The notes: a model not told the origin generated them from the letters alone. A stretch of 64,000 bases of DNA from Polyangiaceae bacterium (GCA_033763455.1 JANRKO010000028.1:128001-192000); one strand, 5' to 3'. Shown: positions 37,201 to 46,353, counted from the stretch's first letter. Numbers and translations are program-made.

Positions 37201-37981
37201 CGTGGTGGTTGCCCGAGCCGACGGTCTGCCTGGCTTGGTGCGTCGCGCGTTAACGCTAGAGGCGACGCTGGCGGCTCAGCTCGGCCAATTCCCGAGGGCC
37301 GTGCGGGCCCTCGAACGAACAGCCGAGTTCGGGCAGGGCTCTACGAGCGACCAACACCGAGTGTTGGTGACGCTGGCACAAGCGCTTGCGGGCGCAGGCG
37401 AACATTCGCGTGCCCTCGCCACGTTGGCCGAAGCTGAGGCGCTTGCCCCAAAGGTTGGAACACTCGAAGCCTGCCAGCGTGCGCGCTCTCGAGCTTTTCT
37501 CTTGGCCTGCCAAGGTGACGACGCCGCTGCGGCAGTGGCAGCGGCGCGTGCGGTGGGGCTTGCAGAGAGCGCCGGTATCTTGTCCGAATTGGCCCAATCG
37601 CTGCACGACGAAGGGGTCGCGCTTTTGCTGGCAAATGATCTGCCCAAGTGCTTCGCCACTTGTAGCCGCGCGGCTCTTGTGGCGTCGCAGACGGGCTCCG
37701 AGCGACTCATCAACGCAAGCCGCTTGCTGCTTGCGTACCTCGATGGCCAGCGAGACGGGGTGGAAGCTGAGCGCCAACTTCGGCAGGGCGTTGAGGTTGC
37801 TACTGACGAAGGTTGGCCCGGCGATGCCGTGCTTGCCAGGTACCTGCTGGGGCGAATGCTGCTTGAGTCCGATCAGCCGAGCCGAGGTCGTGATGAGCTT
37901 AGCCTTGCTCTCCAAGCAGCCGACGCCCTTGGCAATCAGCGCTGGGCCCGCTTGTGCCGGCTCGCAGCGACGAGCACCTAG
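34277..37981 (+). CDS. Ser/Thr pseudokinase + AAA ATPase + TPR multidomain protein
   Basis: Kinase N-lobe AKSFGVEGFEKALVIKRILP, degenerate catalytic loop HGALTPNN, DFG; FVGRKSEL..GEGGIGKS Walker A; helical TPR-like C-terminus. Confidence 0.85.
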   Translation: MVDYGRYQLTAPIGRGRVAEAFKAKSFGVEGFEKALVIKRILPEVAEDPARLTAVLHAARRSMRLSHANVAQVFDMGDVVDGAKTSHYLATEYVPGVTLSAVLERCRISGTGLPARVALFVATEVAKGLDHAHRCRDEGGLPHGVVHGALTPNNILLSWDGEVKLSDFGLVLAAESSGASAADDLRSLGQLLLDILEAPRSVQDESAPPSEREVTGEAVRALLAAIPPLSLSAAGFYEALMEHAYAIRAPLNADALAEFVEKSRTTPLTNPPTLFEGALAYVGESLPPRISAAGSTPLPPALSASAPFVGQGVAALSLRLGNGSGLEVVRELAEEWLARHGATVVTHSSRELEAYFLQGQDPVLATTLAARTALEILTRGAKLDPTLSAGLDLGEVNLNADASIVDDEKRRLVFASTRSLSSSSSGRLGVSAGVATYLQTWFELETLEPDAGVWLVGQLRPLHSATRFVGRKSELGELGNRLVQAVRGTPSAVGVVGEGGIGKSRLLREMRRRLKKGTVNVGFYMVNCRANSSTVPYSAVGDMLRKLCGVRENDVGDWTSVVQPRLRTLGLGEDEIQSVLIALGARSLATAQFNPAFLEGGMAKMMHSLSLERPHLFAFDRAEHLDVQSADLLGSVVARLKHSRTLLVFAGRAGSVGFLREIPGYSEFSLGTLLSEDITRLVQFGTGVANVPDELVEFVIEQSAGHPMVAIELLREGIERGAIQTLDEHSVKFSVPFDAEVRSLREFLEARLLALSEAERAVLTAVVVLDEPVALAAISTVSELSLAEVASVVDDLEVRGMLQRLSPGTVAIAVQVLAEVVAVATERAHWQKLHERAARYYQGLLGGLGFEAGARVAQHLDAAGKRDEARLAYGEHGLNLVHCGLLEQAAWHLSRALGLTASDGEDIERVASWVSALLLCVSRSSFPELAPALVASAELLLQQNTTDPSRLKAALDAAEALSELHRFREAESVLGVVVARADGLPGLVRRALTLEATLAAQLGQFPRAVRALERTAEFGQGSTSDQHRVLVTLAQALAGAGEHSRALATLAEAEALAPKVGTLEACQRARSRAFLLACQGDDAAAAVAAARAVGLAESAGILSELAQSLHDEGVALLLANDLPKCFATCSRAALVASQTGSERLINASRLLLAYLDGQRDGVEAERQLRQGVEVATDEGWPGDAVLARYLLGRMLLESDQPSRGRDELSLALQAADALGNQRWARLCRLAATST

Positions 37982-38205
37982 ACGACTTTTTTTACGCCAG
38001 GCGTGGGTTCTTCACCCACCACCTGACGGAGGCTGACTTTGGCGACGCCGGGGCCGGCCGGAGTACCCGTCCACAGTGTTACCGTCGTCTCGTTGGACGG
38101 AAAAGAGGTGTCTACCCGTACGATCGAGCCCACGCGCCCGTCTTCGAGCCTCACCTTCGAGCGTGAGGTCATGAAACGGTGGAGGTGGCGGAGCGACGTG
38201 CTCAT
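37978..38205 (-). CDS. small hypothetical beta-rich protein
   Basis: 75-aa ORF with GAGG SD; KVRLEDGRVGSIVRVD SH3/KOW-like pattern; fills the gap downstream of dnaA. Confidence 0.6.
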   Translation of the reverse strand: MSTSLRHLHRFMTSRSKVRLEDGRVGSIVRVDTSFPSNETTVTLWTGTPAGPGVAKVSLRQVVGEEPTPGVKKVV

Positions 38206-38324
38206 GCCTCACTTATACCCCACCGCACGGAGCTTGTCAGATTTCAGGCAAGTTCCAGCATTGTGACCTACGGCTCGGGCCTCCCCCAAACCCCGGAGCG
38301 CCCTCTGCTGCGGCTCAAAAACGG

Positions 38325-39791
38325 TCAGCTGTCCGAGGAAGCCAGCCTGCGCTCTAGCTCTTCGAGGTGAGCCTTCACCTGCGGATCTGTTCCCCGCAGC
38401 GACTCCACCTTGCGCACGGCGCTCATGACAGTGGTGTGGTCGCGATCGCCGAACGCACGCCCAAGCTCGGGGAAGCTCGACCGTAGCCGCTGCCGGCATA
38501 GGTACATGGCAACCTGGCGGGCAAAGGCGACGCTCTTGTGGCGATCTTTGCCGAGCAGATCCGTATTGCTCAGCCGGAAGTGGTGACACACGGCCTTCTG
38601 AATGTCGCTGACGCTCAGCAAATCAGGACGCTGCGGAGCTACAACGGAAATTTCCCGCTGCATAAATGCCAGATCGATCGGCTGCCCGGTGAGCGATGAT
38701 TTGGCGGCCAGACGAATCAGCACCCCTTCGAGCTCACGCACGTTGCTCTGAATCGTTTGCGCCAGCGCCACCGCTATTTCGTCGGTAATCGTGATATTTT
38801 CCAGCTCTGCCTTCTTCCGTACGATGGCGACGCGGGTTTCGAGCTGAGGGATCTGAATATCTGCAACTAGGCCCGAGGTGAAACGCGAGACGAGACGCTC
38901 GGGCATGCGCTGAAGCTGCTGCGGATATTTATCGCTGGTAACCACGATGGGCTTGTCCGCATCGCGGAGCGCGTTGAACGTGTGGAAGAATTCTTCCTGG
39001 GTTTGTTCGCGCCCTGCGAGAAACTGAATGTCGTCGAGCAGTAGCAAATCGCAATCACTGCGATAGCGTGCGCGGAACTCATCCATTCGGTGGTTCTGGA
39101 GGGCCTCGATGAATTCGTTGGTGAAGTGCTCGGCAGATACGTAAACGATGCGAGCCTCAGGCTGGCGATCCAACACACGGTGGGCGATGGCGTGCATCAA
39201 GTGGGTCTTGCCGAGACCCGTGCCGCCTGCAATGAAAAGCGGATTGTAACGTGGCCCTCCACCGCCAGCTGAGCCCAGGGCCGCTGCATAAGCGAGCTCA
39301 TTGGAGGGCCCCACTACGAAGTTCGGGAAGGTGAACTTCGGCATCAGTGTGGCCATCAAGCGCGCCCGCGCGGCGACGCTCTGGGCGCTTGCTGGGCGCT
39401 CGCTTCGAGGCCTAGGCCGGACGCTACCGCTGCCACTCGGAACGGCCTCAGAGCGGGGATGAGAAACTTCCGCAGGGGCTTCGCACACAGGGGTTTGGAT
39501 GTCAGAGCGGATTTGCCAGACCACCTGGACTGGTGCGGCTGCCAAGCGCTCAAGCTCGCCTTGCAGCGCGGGAAGGAAGTGAGCCTTCACCCAATCCATA
39601 ACGAACTCATTGCGCGCAACGAGCTCAAGACGTTCACCATCGAACGCCTGGAACTGCACACTTGAGAACCACTGCTCAAACGACGCGGGTGAACGTTTGC
39701 GCGTGTGGTCCACAGCCTGCGCCCACATTGCCTGGAACACCGATGAGTGCGCGGGAGAAGAACGGAGAAGCGACGGCAATTCGAGAGCCAC
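38325..39791 (-). CDS. dnaA: chromosomal replication initiator DnaA
   Basis: FTFPNFVVGPSN, YNPLFI.GGTGLGKTHL, LLLDDIQF, TQEEFFHTFN, SNVRELEG, RQVAMYL, FGDRDHTTV. Confidence 0.97.
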   Translation of the reverse strand: MALELPSLLRSSPAHSSVFQAMWAQAVDHTRKRSPASFEQWFSSVQFQAFDGERLELVARNEFVMDWVKAHFLPALQGELERLAAAPVQVVWQIRSDIQTPVCEAPAEVSHPRSEAVPSGSGSVRPRPRSERPASAQSVAARARLMATLMPKFTFPNFVVGPSNELAYAAALGSAGGGGPRYNPLFIAGGTGLGKTHLMHAIAHRVLDRQPEARIVYVSAEHFTNEFIEALQNHRMDEFRARYRSDCDLLLLDDIQFLAGREQTQEEFFHTFNALRDADKPIVVTSDKYPQQLQRMPERLVSRFTSGLVADIQIPQLETRVAIVRKKAELENITITDEIAVALAQTIQSNVRELEGVLIRLAAKSSLTGQPIDLAFMQREISVVAPQRPDLLSVSDIQKAVCHHFRLSNTDLLGKDRHKSVAFARQVAMYLCRQRLRSSFPELGRAFGDRDHTTVMSAVRKVESLRGTDPQVKAHLEELERRLASSDS

Positions 39792-40268
39792 TAGTAGAAA
39801 ACCCCTATGTTTTCAAAAGGGAACGGGACACGAATCCGCTCCCTCACGAGCACGTAATAATGTTGCAGCCTGGGTCCCAGACGCCCCACTGTTTGTGGAA
39901 AGAACCAATCCAGGAAGCGCTGGCGAGTACCACTCCTTCACCAAGAACCGCAAGCCCGACGATCGCTCTTCGTATGTCTCTCTCGAACAAAGACGGCACA
40001 AACGTGTCACAGAAAAATTGAGCTCACCACGACTCGTGGATGCGTGAGCAAGCACGCCGCGGATCACACTTCCGGAGCACCGTGAAATCAGCCCTCTTGA
40101 AGTGGCAACGCGCTTCCGAGAGCAAATGCTCGGGGTTTGGTGCGTCAAGCGTAAGTCATCCGCGAGATGCATTTTTGTTGGCCCGTGTGTTGCTGTGCGT
40201 TCAACAATGCCGCGTTTGGGAACCGGCCGCGCTACCAATAAGTTTTCGGTTGCTAGCGAGAGCGTTCG

Positions 40269-41378
40269 ATGCTTCCGATGCGCGGCATGATGAAGAGCGC
40301 GCGTGTCAGCCCCCTGCCGAAGTTCGTCCGGCTTTGGACAGAAACGCGGGGCTGCCGCTCAGCTGAGAGCGCATTGAGCGGAAGGCCGTTCCAAAGAGTC
40401 CACGGGCGACTGAGGCCGCTCACGACGGGTGCACTGTGGCTCTTGGCAATTGGGTTTGGTGTGGAGCAGGGACACGCCGAACCGAGCAAGCTGCCTCCCG
40501 AAGTTGGCTACAACTATGGCGAGGTTGAGACCGCGCGCATTGCAGGGACCGCTCAATCACAGCGTGCTTTGTCGAACTCTGCGAGTGCCTTGTATTCCAA
40601 CCCCGCCAACATCGTCGCCACCCGCGTTTACCATATAGCTGGGCTGCTCGAACTTCACACGCCGGAGGCGCAGCGCCGGACACTCGGCCTCGCGGCGGTG
40701 GACTCGGTAACTAATGGATCCATCGGCGCTGGGCTCGGCCTCAATTGGTCCCGCCAGGATACGGAGGGCATCAACCGCGACTACATGGATGCTCGCCTTG
40801 CTATTGCTGCGCCAGTTTCGGATAGCCTAGCAATTGGCGTGGGTGGCCGCTATTTGAAGCTAAAACAGCTCGGCCAGGGGCCACTCGGAGTGAGCCTTGC
40901 ATCCTCGGGATTGGGTGCAGATCCCATAGTGAGTGATCTTGGTTTAGACGCAGGAGCCACGGTGAAGTTGACGCCGGAATTTTCCATCGCAGCCGTGGGA
41001 ATGAATATCAACAATCCGGACAACGGTTTTATGCCCACGAGTGCTTCTTTGGCGCTCGGGCTTTCGCTTCCCAACGTGGCCGTGGGAGCGGATCTTACTT
41101 TTGATTTTACCACCTGGCAGAAAACAACGCTGCGCCCAGCGTTGGGTGTGGAGGCCCTCTTGGGTGATAACTTCCCAGTGCGCGCAGGTTACCGTTACGA
41201 CGAAGGTGCAAGGAGCCACGCCGTCGCAGCGGGGGTTGGTTATTTAGATACGTCGATCGGGATAGACATCGCTGGCCGTCGCGTGGTGAGTGGGGACACC
41301 TCCACGGCTTTCATGGCAACGTTTACGTATTTTCTTGAGTCCAGTGGGCTCGCATCGTCACCCACCGAGTCTTTTTGA
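40269..41378 (+). CDS. probable outer-membrane beta-barrel protein (PorV/FadL-like); start uncertain
   Basis: Signal-like segment, ASALYSNPA motif, alternating beta strands, VRAGYRYD, terminal aromatic strand. Confidence 0.65.
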   Translation: MLPMRGMMKSARVSPLPKFVRLWTETRGCRSAESALSGRPFQRVHGRLRPLTTGALWLLAIGFGVEQGHAEPSKLPPEVGYNYGEVETARIAGTAQSQRALSNSASALYSNPANIVATRVYHIAGLLELHTPEAQRRTLGLAAVDSVTNGSIGAGLGLNWSRQDTEGINRDYMDARLAIAAPVSDSLAIGVGGRYLKLKQLGQGPLGVSLASSGLGADPIVSDLGLDAGATVKLTPEFSIAAVGMNINNPDNGFMPTSASLALGLSLPNVAVGADLTFDFTTWQKTTLRPALGVEALLGDNFPVRAGYRYDEGARSHAVAAGVGYLDTSIGIDIAGRRVVSGDTSTAFMATFTYFLESSGLASSPTESF

Positions 41379-41382
41379 GGGC

Positions 41383-42699
41383 TCAATCGAGCGCGTCGGA
41401 AATCCAGCGCTCTAGCTGTGCGGCTCCCGCTTCAATCGCTTCGCTCGGTGTTTCTGTTTCAGGCATGCGCGGAGCTTCCGAGCGCAACTGATCGATCGCC
41501 TTGGGGTTGCGAAAGAAGTCGTCGTTGTGGGTTTCAATCATTTGCATGAGCCGCGTGTGCCCCAAAAATAGCCCAGAGAAGCGCTGAGCGTCATCCACGT
41601 TGAGGCGCAGGGAAGCTCCGAAGTTCTGGAGCTTGAGCGGGAAGCCTAGCGTGTGGAAGGTGAGATCCTCAATTTTGCTCCCAAGTACCCGTGGGCCCTG
41701 TTGGGCCAGGGGCCGCAAAAGGATGCGCAAAGCCGCGGCTCGGCTATATGCCAAAAGTGTGAGGCCGAGCACTTGCCGGTGCACGTGGATGTCGCGTTTT
41801 CCGAGCGAAAGCGTTTGCTGTAGGAAGGCGGGTGTGCTCAAGAGCAGGCCAAACATGGCGCCGTAGGTTCTCCGCTTGAGCCCGTACGGATCGTGCGCAA
41901 TAACGAACGGTTGGTTCGTGGGAGCTGTGGCGTCCACCCAGGCTGAGCCCAAGCGTGCCATGCCTCGCAAATAGCTTGAAGCTCCGTAGGCTCTCGGCAG
42001 TGGGCCAGGGTCCAGGTTAAGCGAAGTGAACAGATGCCCTTTTCGGAACCAATCCAAGAGGGCGTCGCTAGTAAGGCGGACGGGCCAGCCAGCATCCGCT
42101 TTTTTGCCCAGCGTGGCGTTCACGTATTCAGAGTAGCGAGGTTTCCGAAACACTTCCCAAATACGTTGGGTCACATTCAACCAATCTTCGGCGTGCTTTT
42201 CCAAGTCCGGGCAACAACCTTCAATCTCGGCCGGCGATGTTAGGCCCATTCGGATCGCTACTTCACGGCGTCGTTCCCACACTCTGAGGTGCGCCGCTGA
42301 TAAGTCTCCACTCAAACGGGCAAAGGTATGCACCCAACTTAGGCGCCTGGGATCATCCAGTAAGATCTGGTGAAAGATCTGCTGAAGCGAAAGGCGGTTG
42401 TGTTCCGGTTCGTCGAACACGAACGGTGTCGATCGGTAGCCGTGCTCAATTTGCAGGAGGGTGTATTGATTGATGCGCTGCTCCGCTAGGCGATAGATCC
42501 AGCGGCGGGCCGCAGCGAGCACCGGATCATCTGGCGCACTGCTTGCTGCCAGAAAGGTTTCCCGGGTGGAAACCCAACGAGTGGCCTCGAACGGATCGAA
42601 CGCCTCCTCTCCATTTCTTAAATCACGCTGGAAAGTTTGCCAGCGCCGCACCGTGAGGCGGAGGTCCCGGTCGAGTCGCAGAAAGTCGAGGTCGCTCAT
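41383..42699 (-). CDS. hypothetical helical protein (possibly degenerate M3-peptidase-like fold)
   Basis: 438-aa ORF; no intact catalytic motif recognised. Confidence 0.7.
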   Translation of the reverse strand: MSDLDFLRLDRDLRLTVRRWQTFQRDLRNGEEAFDPFEATRWVSTRETFLAASSAPDDPVLAAARRWIYRLAEQRINQYTLLQIEHGYRSTPFVFDEPEHNRLSLQQIFHQILLDDPRRLSWVHTFARLSGDLSAAHLRVWERRREVAIRMGLTSPAEIEGCCPDLEKHAEDWLNVTQRIWEVFRKPRYSEYVNATLGKKADAGWPVRLTSDALLDWFRKGHLFTSLNLDPGPLPRAYGASSYLRGMARLGSAWVDATAPTNQPFVIAHDPYGLKRRTYGAMFGLLLSTPAFLQQTLSLGKRDIHVHRQVLGLTLLAYSRAAALRILLRPLAQQGPRVLGSKIEDLTFHTLGFPLKLQNFGASLRLNVDDAQRFSGLFLGHTRLMQMIETHNDDFFRNPKAIDQLRSEAPRMPETETPSEAIEAGAAQLERWISDALD

Positions 42700-42827
42700 A
42701 GTCAGAGAAAGGTTCAGGGCAACGCTTAGCGCAGAACTCGCGCAGCGGGTGAGGGTGTGGGGCCGAATGTGCAGATTCTGGCCCTTGAGTGGACCAACTG
42801 GGCACCCGGGGCTACGCTAGGCGGGCC

Positions 42828-43499
42828 ATGGCACATGTAGACGACGAGCTTTTGCAGGCGCTCAAAGACTCCGAAGAGCAGGCGGCAACCGAGCCGATGG
42901 TGGCTCCCGTTCAGTCGCGGCCGGAGGGGGTGAGGAAGCCAGCTTCCAAAGGTAATCTGGGGTTGCTCTTGGGCCTGTTGGTAGCAGCTGGCGGCGTTCT
43001 CACCCTTGTGCTCAACAACGTGGATGATTCAGCAGCCTACTCCAAGACCGTGAGCGAGTTTTTCCGCGATAAGGAGCGCCTCAAGGATCGCACCGTGAAC
43101 TTGAAAGGGATGCTCGTGAAGGGCACTCTGGTTTCGAACCTTGCAACGCGCGGGAAGGAGCCCTGCGAATACCGTTTCGTACTTTACGAGAAGGATGGCC
43201 CCAAGCTGCCCGTGCGCTTTGGAGGCTGCGTGATCCCCGACACTTTCCGGGACCTGCCGGAGATGGACGTCGAGGTGACGGCGACGGGCAAGCTCTCGCC
43301 CGAGGGCTATTTCGCAGCGGACCACATCATGGCCAAGTGCCCGTCCAAATACGAGATGAAGCAGAGGCAGGCCGCGGGCGAAAAGGCACCGCACAAGGGT
43401 GCTGCCCCAGAGCTGTTTCCCTCGGTAGGGCCGCTCGACAACATGGACACCCACAAAAAGTCTCCACTAGTGGTGTCAGGCAGCGGCAAAGAGGGCTAG
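42828..43499 (+). CDS. ccmE: cytochrome c maturation heme chaperone CcmE, CxxxY type
   Basis: TM anchor, IPDTFRD, EVTATGKL, F.ADHIMAKCPSKY. Confidence 0.88.
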   Translation: MAHVDDELLQALKDSEEQAATEPMVAPVQSRPEGVRKPASKGNLGLLLGLLVAAGGVLTLVLNNVDDSAAYSKTVSEFFRDKERLKDRTVNLKGMLVKGTLVSNLATRGKEPCEYRFVLYEKDGPKLPVRFGGCVIPDTFRDLPEMDVEVTATGKLSPEGYFAADHIMAKCPSKYEMKQRQAAGEKAPHKGAAPELFPSVGPLDNMDTHKKSPLVVSGSGKEG

Positions 43500-43509
43500 T
43501 TTCTAGCCC

Positions 43510-44541
43510 ATGTGGGATCGCTTCCTTCGTGCAGCCCGGCGAGAGCCGGTGGATACAACTCCCGTTTGGTTCATGCGACAAGCCGGCCGCTATATGGCCG
43601 AGTACCGCGAGATCCGTAAGAAGCGGACGCTGCTTGAGATCTGCAAAAATCCCGAGCTTGCCACCGAGGTCACGCTCCAGCCAGTGAAGGCTTTGGAGGT
43701 GGATGCCGCGATTCTTTTTGCCGATATCTTGCTGCCGTTAGAGCCCATGGGTGCGCCCTTTGAGTTCGCGGCTGGCGAAGGCCCCGTGATTCATAGTCCG
43801 GTGCGCGATCGGGAGGGTGTCGATCGCTTGCGAGTGATCGAACCCGAAGAAGGCCTCGGCTACGTGTTGGAGGCCATTCGGCTAATTCGCCGAGAGCTTG
43901 ACGGCAAAACTCCGCTCATTGGCTTTGCTGGCGCGCCCTTCACCCTCGCAAGTTACCTGATCGAAGGTGGCAAGAGCACGCATTATACGCTCACCAAATG
44001 TATGATGTACAACGAGCCTGCCACCTGGCATGCACTCATGGAGAAATTCTCTGAGGTGGTGCGCCGTTATTTGCACGCCCAAATCGCAGCCGGTGCGCAA
44101 GCTGTGCAGCTCTTTGATTCTTGGGTGGGTGCGCTCGGCCCGGAGGATTACCGGGAGTATATTTTGCCTCATGTTCAGCACATCTTGAAAAGTGTGGAAA
44201 CGGCCAATGTGCCCGTGATTCACTTTGGAACGGGAACGGGTTCGCTCCTTGAGCTACAGCGCGAAGCGGGTGGTACCGTGATTGGCGTAGATTGGCGCAC
44301 TCCTCTCTCGCAAGCGATTGAACGTTTACCTGGCGTGGCGCTCCAGGGCAACCTGGACCCTTTGCTGATGTTTGCGGACGATGAGCTTTTGAAGCGGCGC
44401 GTGCAGGGCGTAGTGGAGCAAGGGCGCGGCGCCGCCGGCCACATTTTCAATCTGGGGCATGGAATTTTGCCGGAAATGTCTTTGGAGAAGGTGCAGAAGG
44501 TCGCGCGCTGGGTGCACGAGTTTGGGAAACGCGGGGCCTAA
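43510..44541 (+). CDS. hemE: uroporphyrinogen decarboxylase
   Basis: TPVWFMRQAGRY, DAAILFADIL, LIGFAGAPFTLASY, QLFDSW, IFNLGHGI. Confidence 0.97.
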   Translation: MWDRFLRAARREPVDTTPVWFMRQAGRYMAEYREIRKKRTLLEICKNPELATEVTLQPVKALEVDAAILFADILLPLEPMGAPFEFAAGEGPVIHSPVRDREGVDRLRVIEPEEGLGYVLEAIRLIRRELDGKTPLIGFAGAPFTLASYLIEGGKSTHYTLTKCMMYNEPATWHALMEKFSEVVRRYLHAQIAAGAQAVQLFDSWVGALGPEDYREYILPHVQHILKSVETANVPVIHFGTGTGSLLELQREAGGTVIGVDWRTPLSQAIERLPGVALQGNLDPLLMFADDELLKRRVQGVVEQGRGAAGHIFNLGHGILPEMSLEKVQKVARWVHEFGKRGA

Positions 44542-44543
44542 GC

Positions 44544-46022
44544 GTGTCGCCCAAGTCCATTGCCGTGATCGGCGGGGGCATCACGGGTTTAGCCGCTGCG
44601 TATTACCTGAAGCAGCAGAGCCCGGAACATCGCGTACAGCTCTTCGAGTCCAATACTCGCCTGGGCGGTAACATTATTACGGAAGAACGCGACGGCTTCG
44701 TGATCGACGGTGGGCCAGATTCCTTCCTGCGTACGAAGCCTTACGCCGTGAACTTGTGTCGTGAATTGGGGCTAGCCCCAAAGCTCATCACCACCCGCCC
44801 GGAGGCGCGAAAAGTCTATATTGCGCACCAGGGCCGGCTGGAATTAATGCCCGGCGGGATGGCGCTCGCTATTCCCACGCGCATTTCACCGATGCTAAAG
44901 ACGCCCATCTTGAGTTGGCTCGGTAAGCTCCGAATTTTGGGTGATTTGATGTTGGATGCCCGGGAAAGCGCACCCGACGACGATGAATCCATAGAAGGCT
45001 TCGTGGCGCGTCGATTTGGCCAAGAAGTGGCCGATAAGATTGCGGGGCCGCTCCTCGGGGGCATTTATGCGGGTGACGTTGGGCAGCTGAGCCTGCGTTC
45101 CACCTTTCCGCAATTGGCTGAGCTGGAGGCGAAATATCGCAGTGTTATCTTGGGAATGCTGCTGTCGCAAAAGCCCCCGGACCGTGCCGGCGCGCAAACC
45201 TTGGGCCAGCTTTCACCCCAAGAAATCTTCCAATGGCTCACGCGCGCGGAGGCCGCCGCCCCTAGCCCTTTCTACTCGTTGGAGGGCGGAATGGGCAGCT
45301 TGATTGCGGCTTTGCACAGGAGCCTTCGCCCCGAGGATGTGCATGTGGGAGCGCGCGTAGAGCGGCTTTTGCAGCTTCCTGGAAAGCGCTGGCAGCTACA
45401 GTTTTCGGGTAATTCGAGCGAAGCACCCGTTCGAGAACCTTGCGATGTGGACGCGATACTCTTGGCAGCTCCCGCACGTGTGGCGGCCAAGCTGCTCGCT
45501 CAACGAGAGTTGGCAGAGGAGCTTTCGTCTATTCCGTACGTTTCAACAGCCACAGTTTTCTTTGCGCTGAACCAAGAGGATGTTGCGCATCCGCTCGATG
45601 GCCTTGGGTTTATTGCGCCGAAAGGTGAGGCGGAGATTTTGGCGGGCACTTGGGTGTCCAGCAAATGGGAGCATCGGGCGCCTCCTGGCAAAGCGTTGGT
45701 GCGGGCGTTTTTGGGGGGTAGTCGCGGAACCGTGAAGCTCGCAGGGGCTGCCGATGCTGAACTTGAGGGCGTGGCCTTATCAGAGCTGGAGCGCCTGATG
45801 GGGCCTCTTGGTACACCGCTTTTCTCAAAGGTCTTCCGTTATATGAATTCCAATCCACAGCCCGTGGTGGGGCACATGGGCCGCCTTGCCCGGATTCGAG
45901 CCCACGCTTCTCGGCTCGGGCGCCTTGAGCTCGCGGGGGCAGCCTACGAGGGGGTGGGCATTCCGGACTGTATTCGCCAGGCAAAAACGGCAGCCGAGCG
46001 GCTTCTGCAAGAATTGTGTTGA
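44544..46022 (+). CDS. hemY: HemY-type FAD-dependent protoporphyrinogen/coproporphyrinogen oxidase
   Basis: VIGGGITGLAAA, DGGPDSF, GGIYAGD..LS..STFP, SSKW..RAP, YEGVGIPDCI. Confidence 0.92.
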   Translation: MSPKSIAVIGGGITGLAAAYYLKQQSPEHRVQLFESNTRLGGNIITEERDGFVIDGGPDSFLRTKPYAVNLCRELGLAPKLITTRPEARKVYIAHQGRLELMPGGMALAIPTRISPMLKTPILSWLGKLRILGDLMLDARESAPDDDESIEGFVARRFGQEVADKIAGPLLGGIYAGDVGQLSLRSTFPQLAELEAKYRSVILGMLLSQKPPDRAGAQTLGQLSPQEIFQWLTRAEAAAPSPFYSLEGGMGSLIAALHRSLRPEDVHVGARVERLLQLPGKRWQLQFSGNSSEAPVREPCDVDAILLAAPARVAAKLLAQRELAEELSSIPYVSTATVFFALNQEDVAHPLDGLGFIAPKGEAEILAGTWVSSKWEHRAPPGKALVRAFLGGSRGTVKLAGAADAELEGVALSELERLMGPLGTPLFSKVFRYMNSNPQPVVGHMGRLARIRAHASRLGRLELAGAAYEGVGIPDCIRQAKTAAERLLQELC

Positions 46023-46058
46023 ACTTGGCGGCGGTCTGCTAGGCTCCGCGCGCTTTTT

Positions 46059-46129
46059 TCGGGCGTCGTCTAAAGGTAGGACAAGGGACTTTGAATCCCT
46101 TTATCTAGGTTCGAATCCTAGCGCCCGAG
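46059..46129 (+). tRNA. tRNA-Gln(TTG), CCA not encoded
   Basis: Acceptor TCGGGCG/CGCCCGA, anticodon arm AGGGA-CTTTGAA-TCCCT, T arm CTAGG-TTCGAAT-CCTAG. Confidence 0.96.
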
Positions 46130-46339
46130 CTACAGCTCACGCTTCGCGTGAGCGGAGCGGGTGCGTTAGGGTTTAGTCCTTATTTCGGATGCCGAGGAAG
46201 GTGCCGTCGGCGGGCTGAGTAAGTGTGAGAAGTATGGTCAGCGGAGCGAATCCTAGCTCGCGGGTCACACGAACGGAAAGCAGCTCACGGCGTCACACGC
46301 ACGGAGAGGCGATGTGCCCTTCGCAAGTTAAATGAGAAT

Positions 46340-46353
46340 CTTAGCATGCTAAG
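46340..46353. promoter_or_regulatory. perfect 14-bp palindrome CTTAGCATGCTAAG (operator-like)
   Basis: Located in an AT-rich intergenic patch. Confidence 0.5.

Noticed and set aside
39792..40268. oriC upstream of dnaA
   Set aside because: No cluster of TTWTNCACA boxes and no AT-rich unwinding element visible
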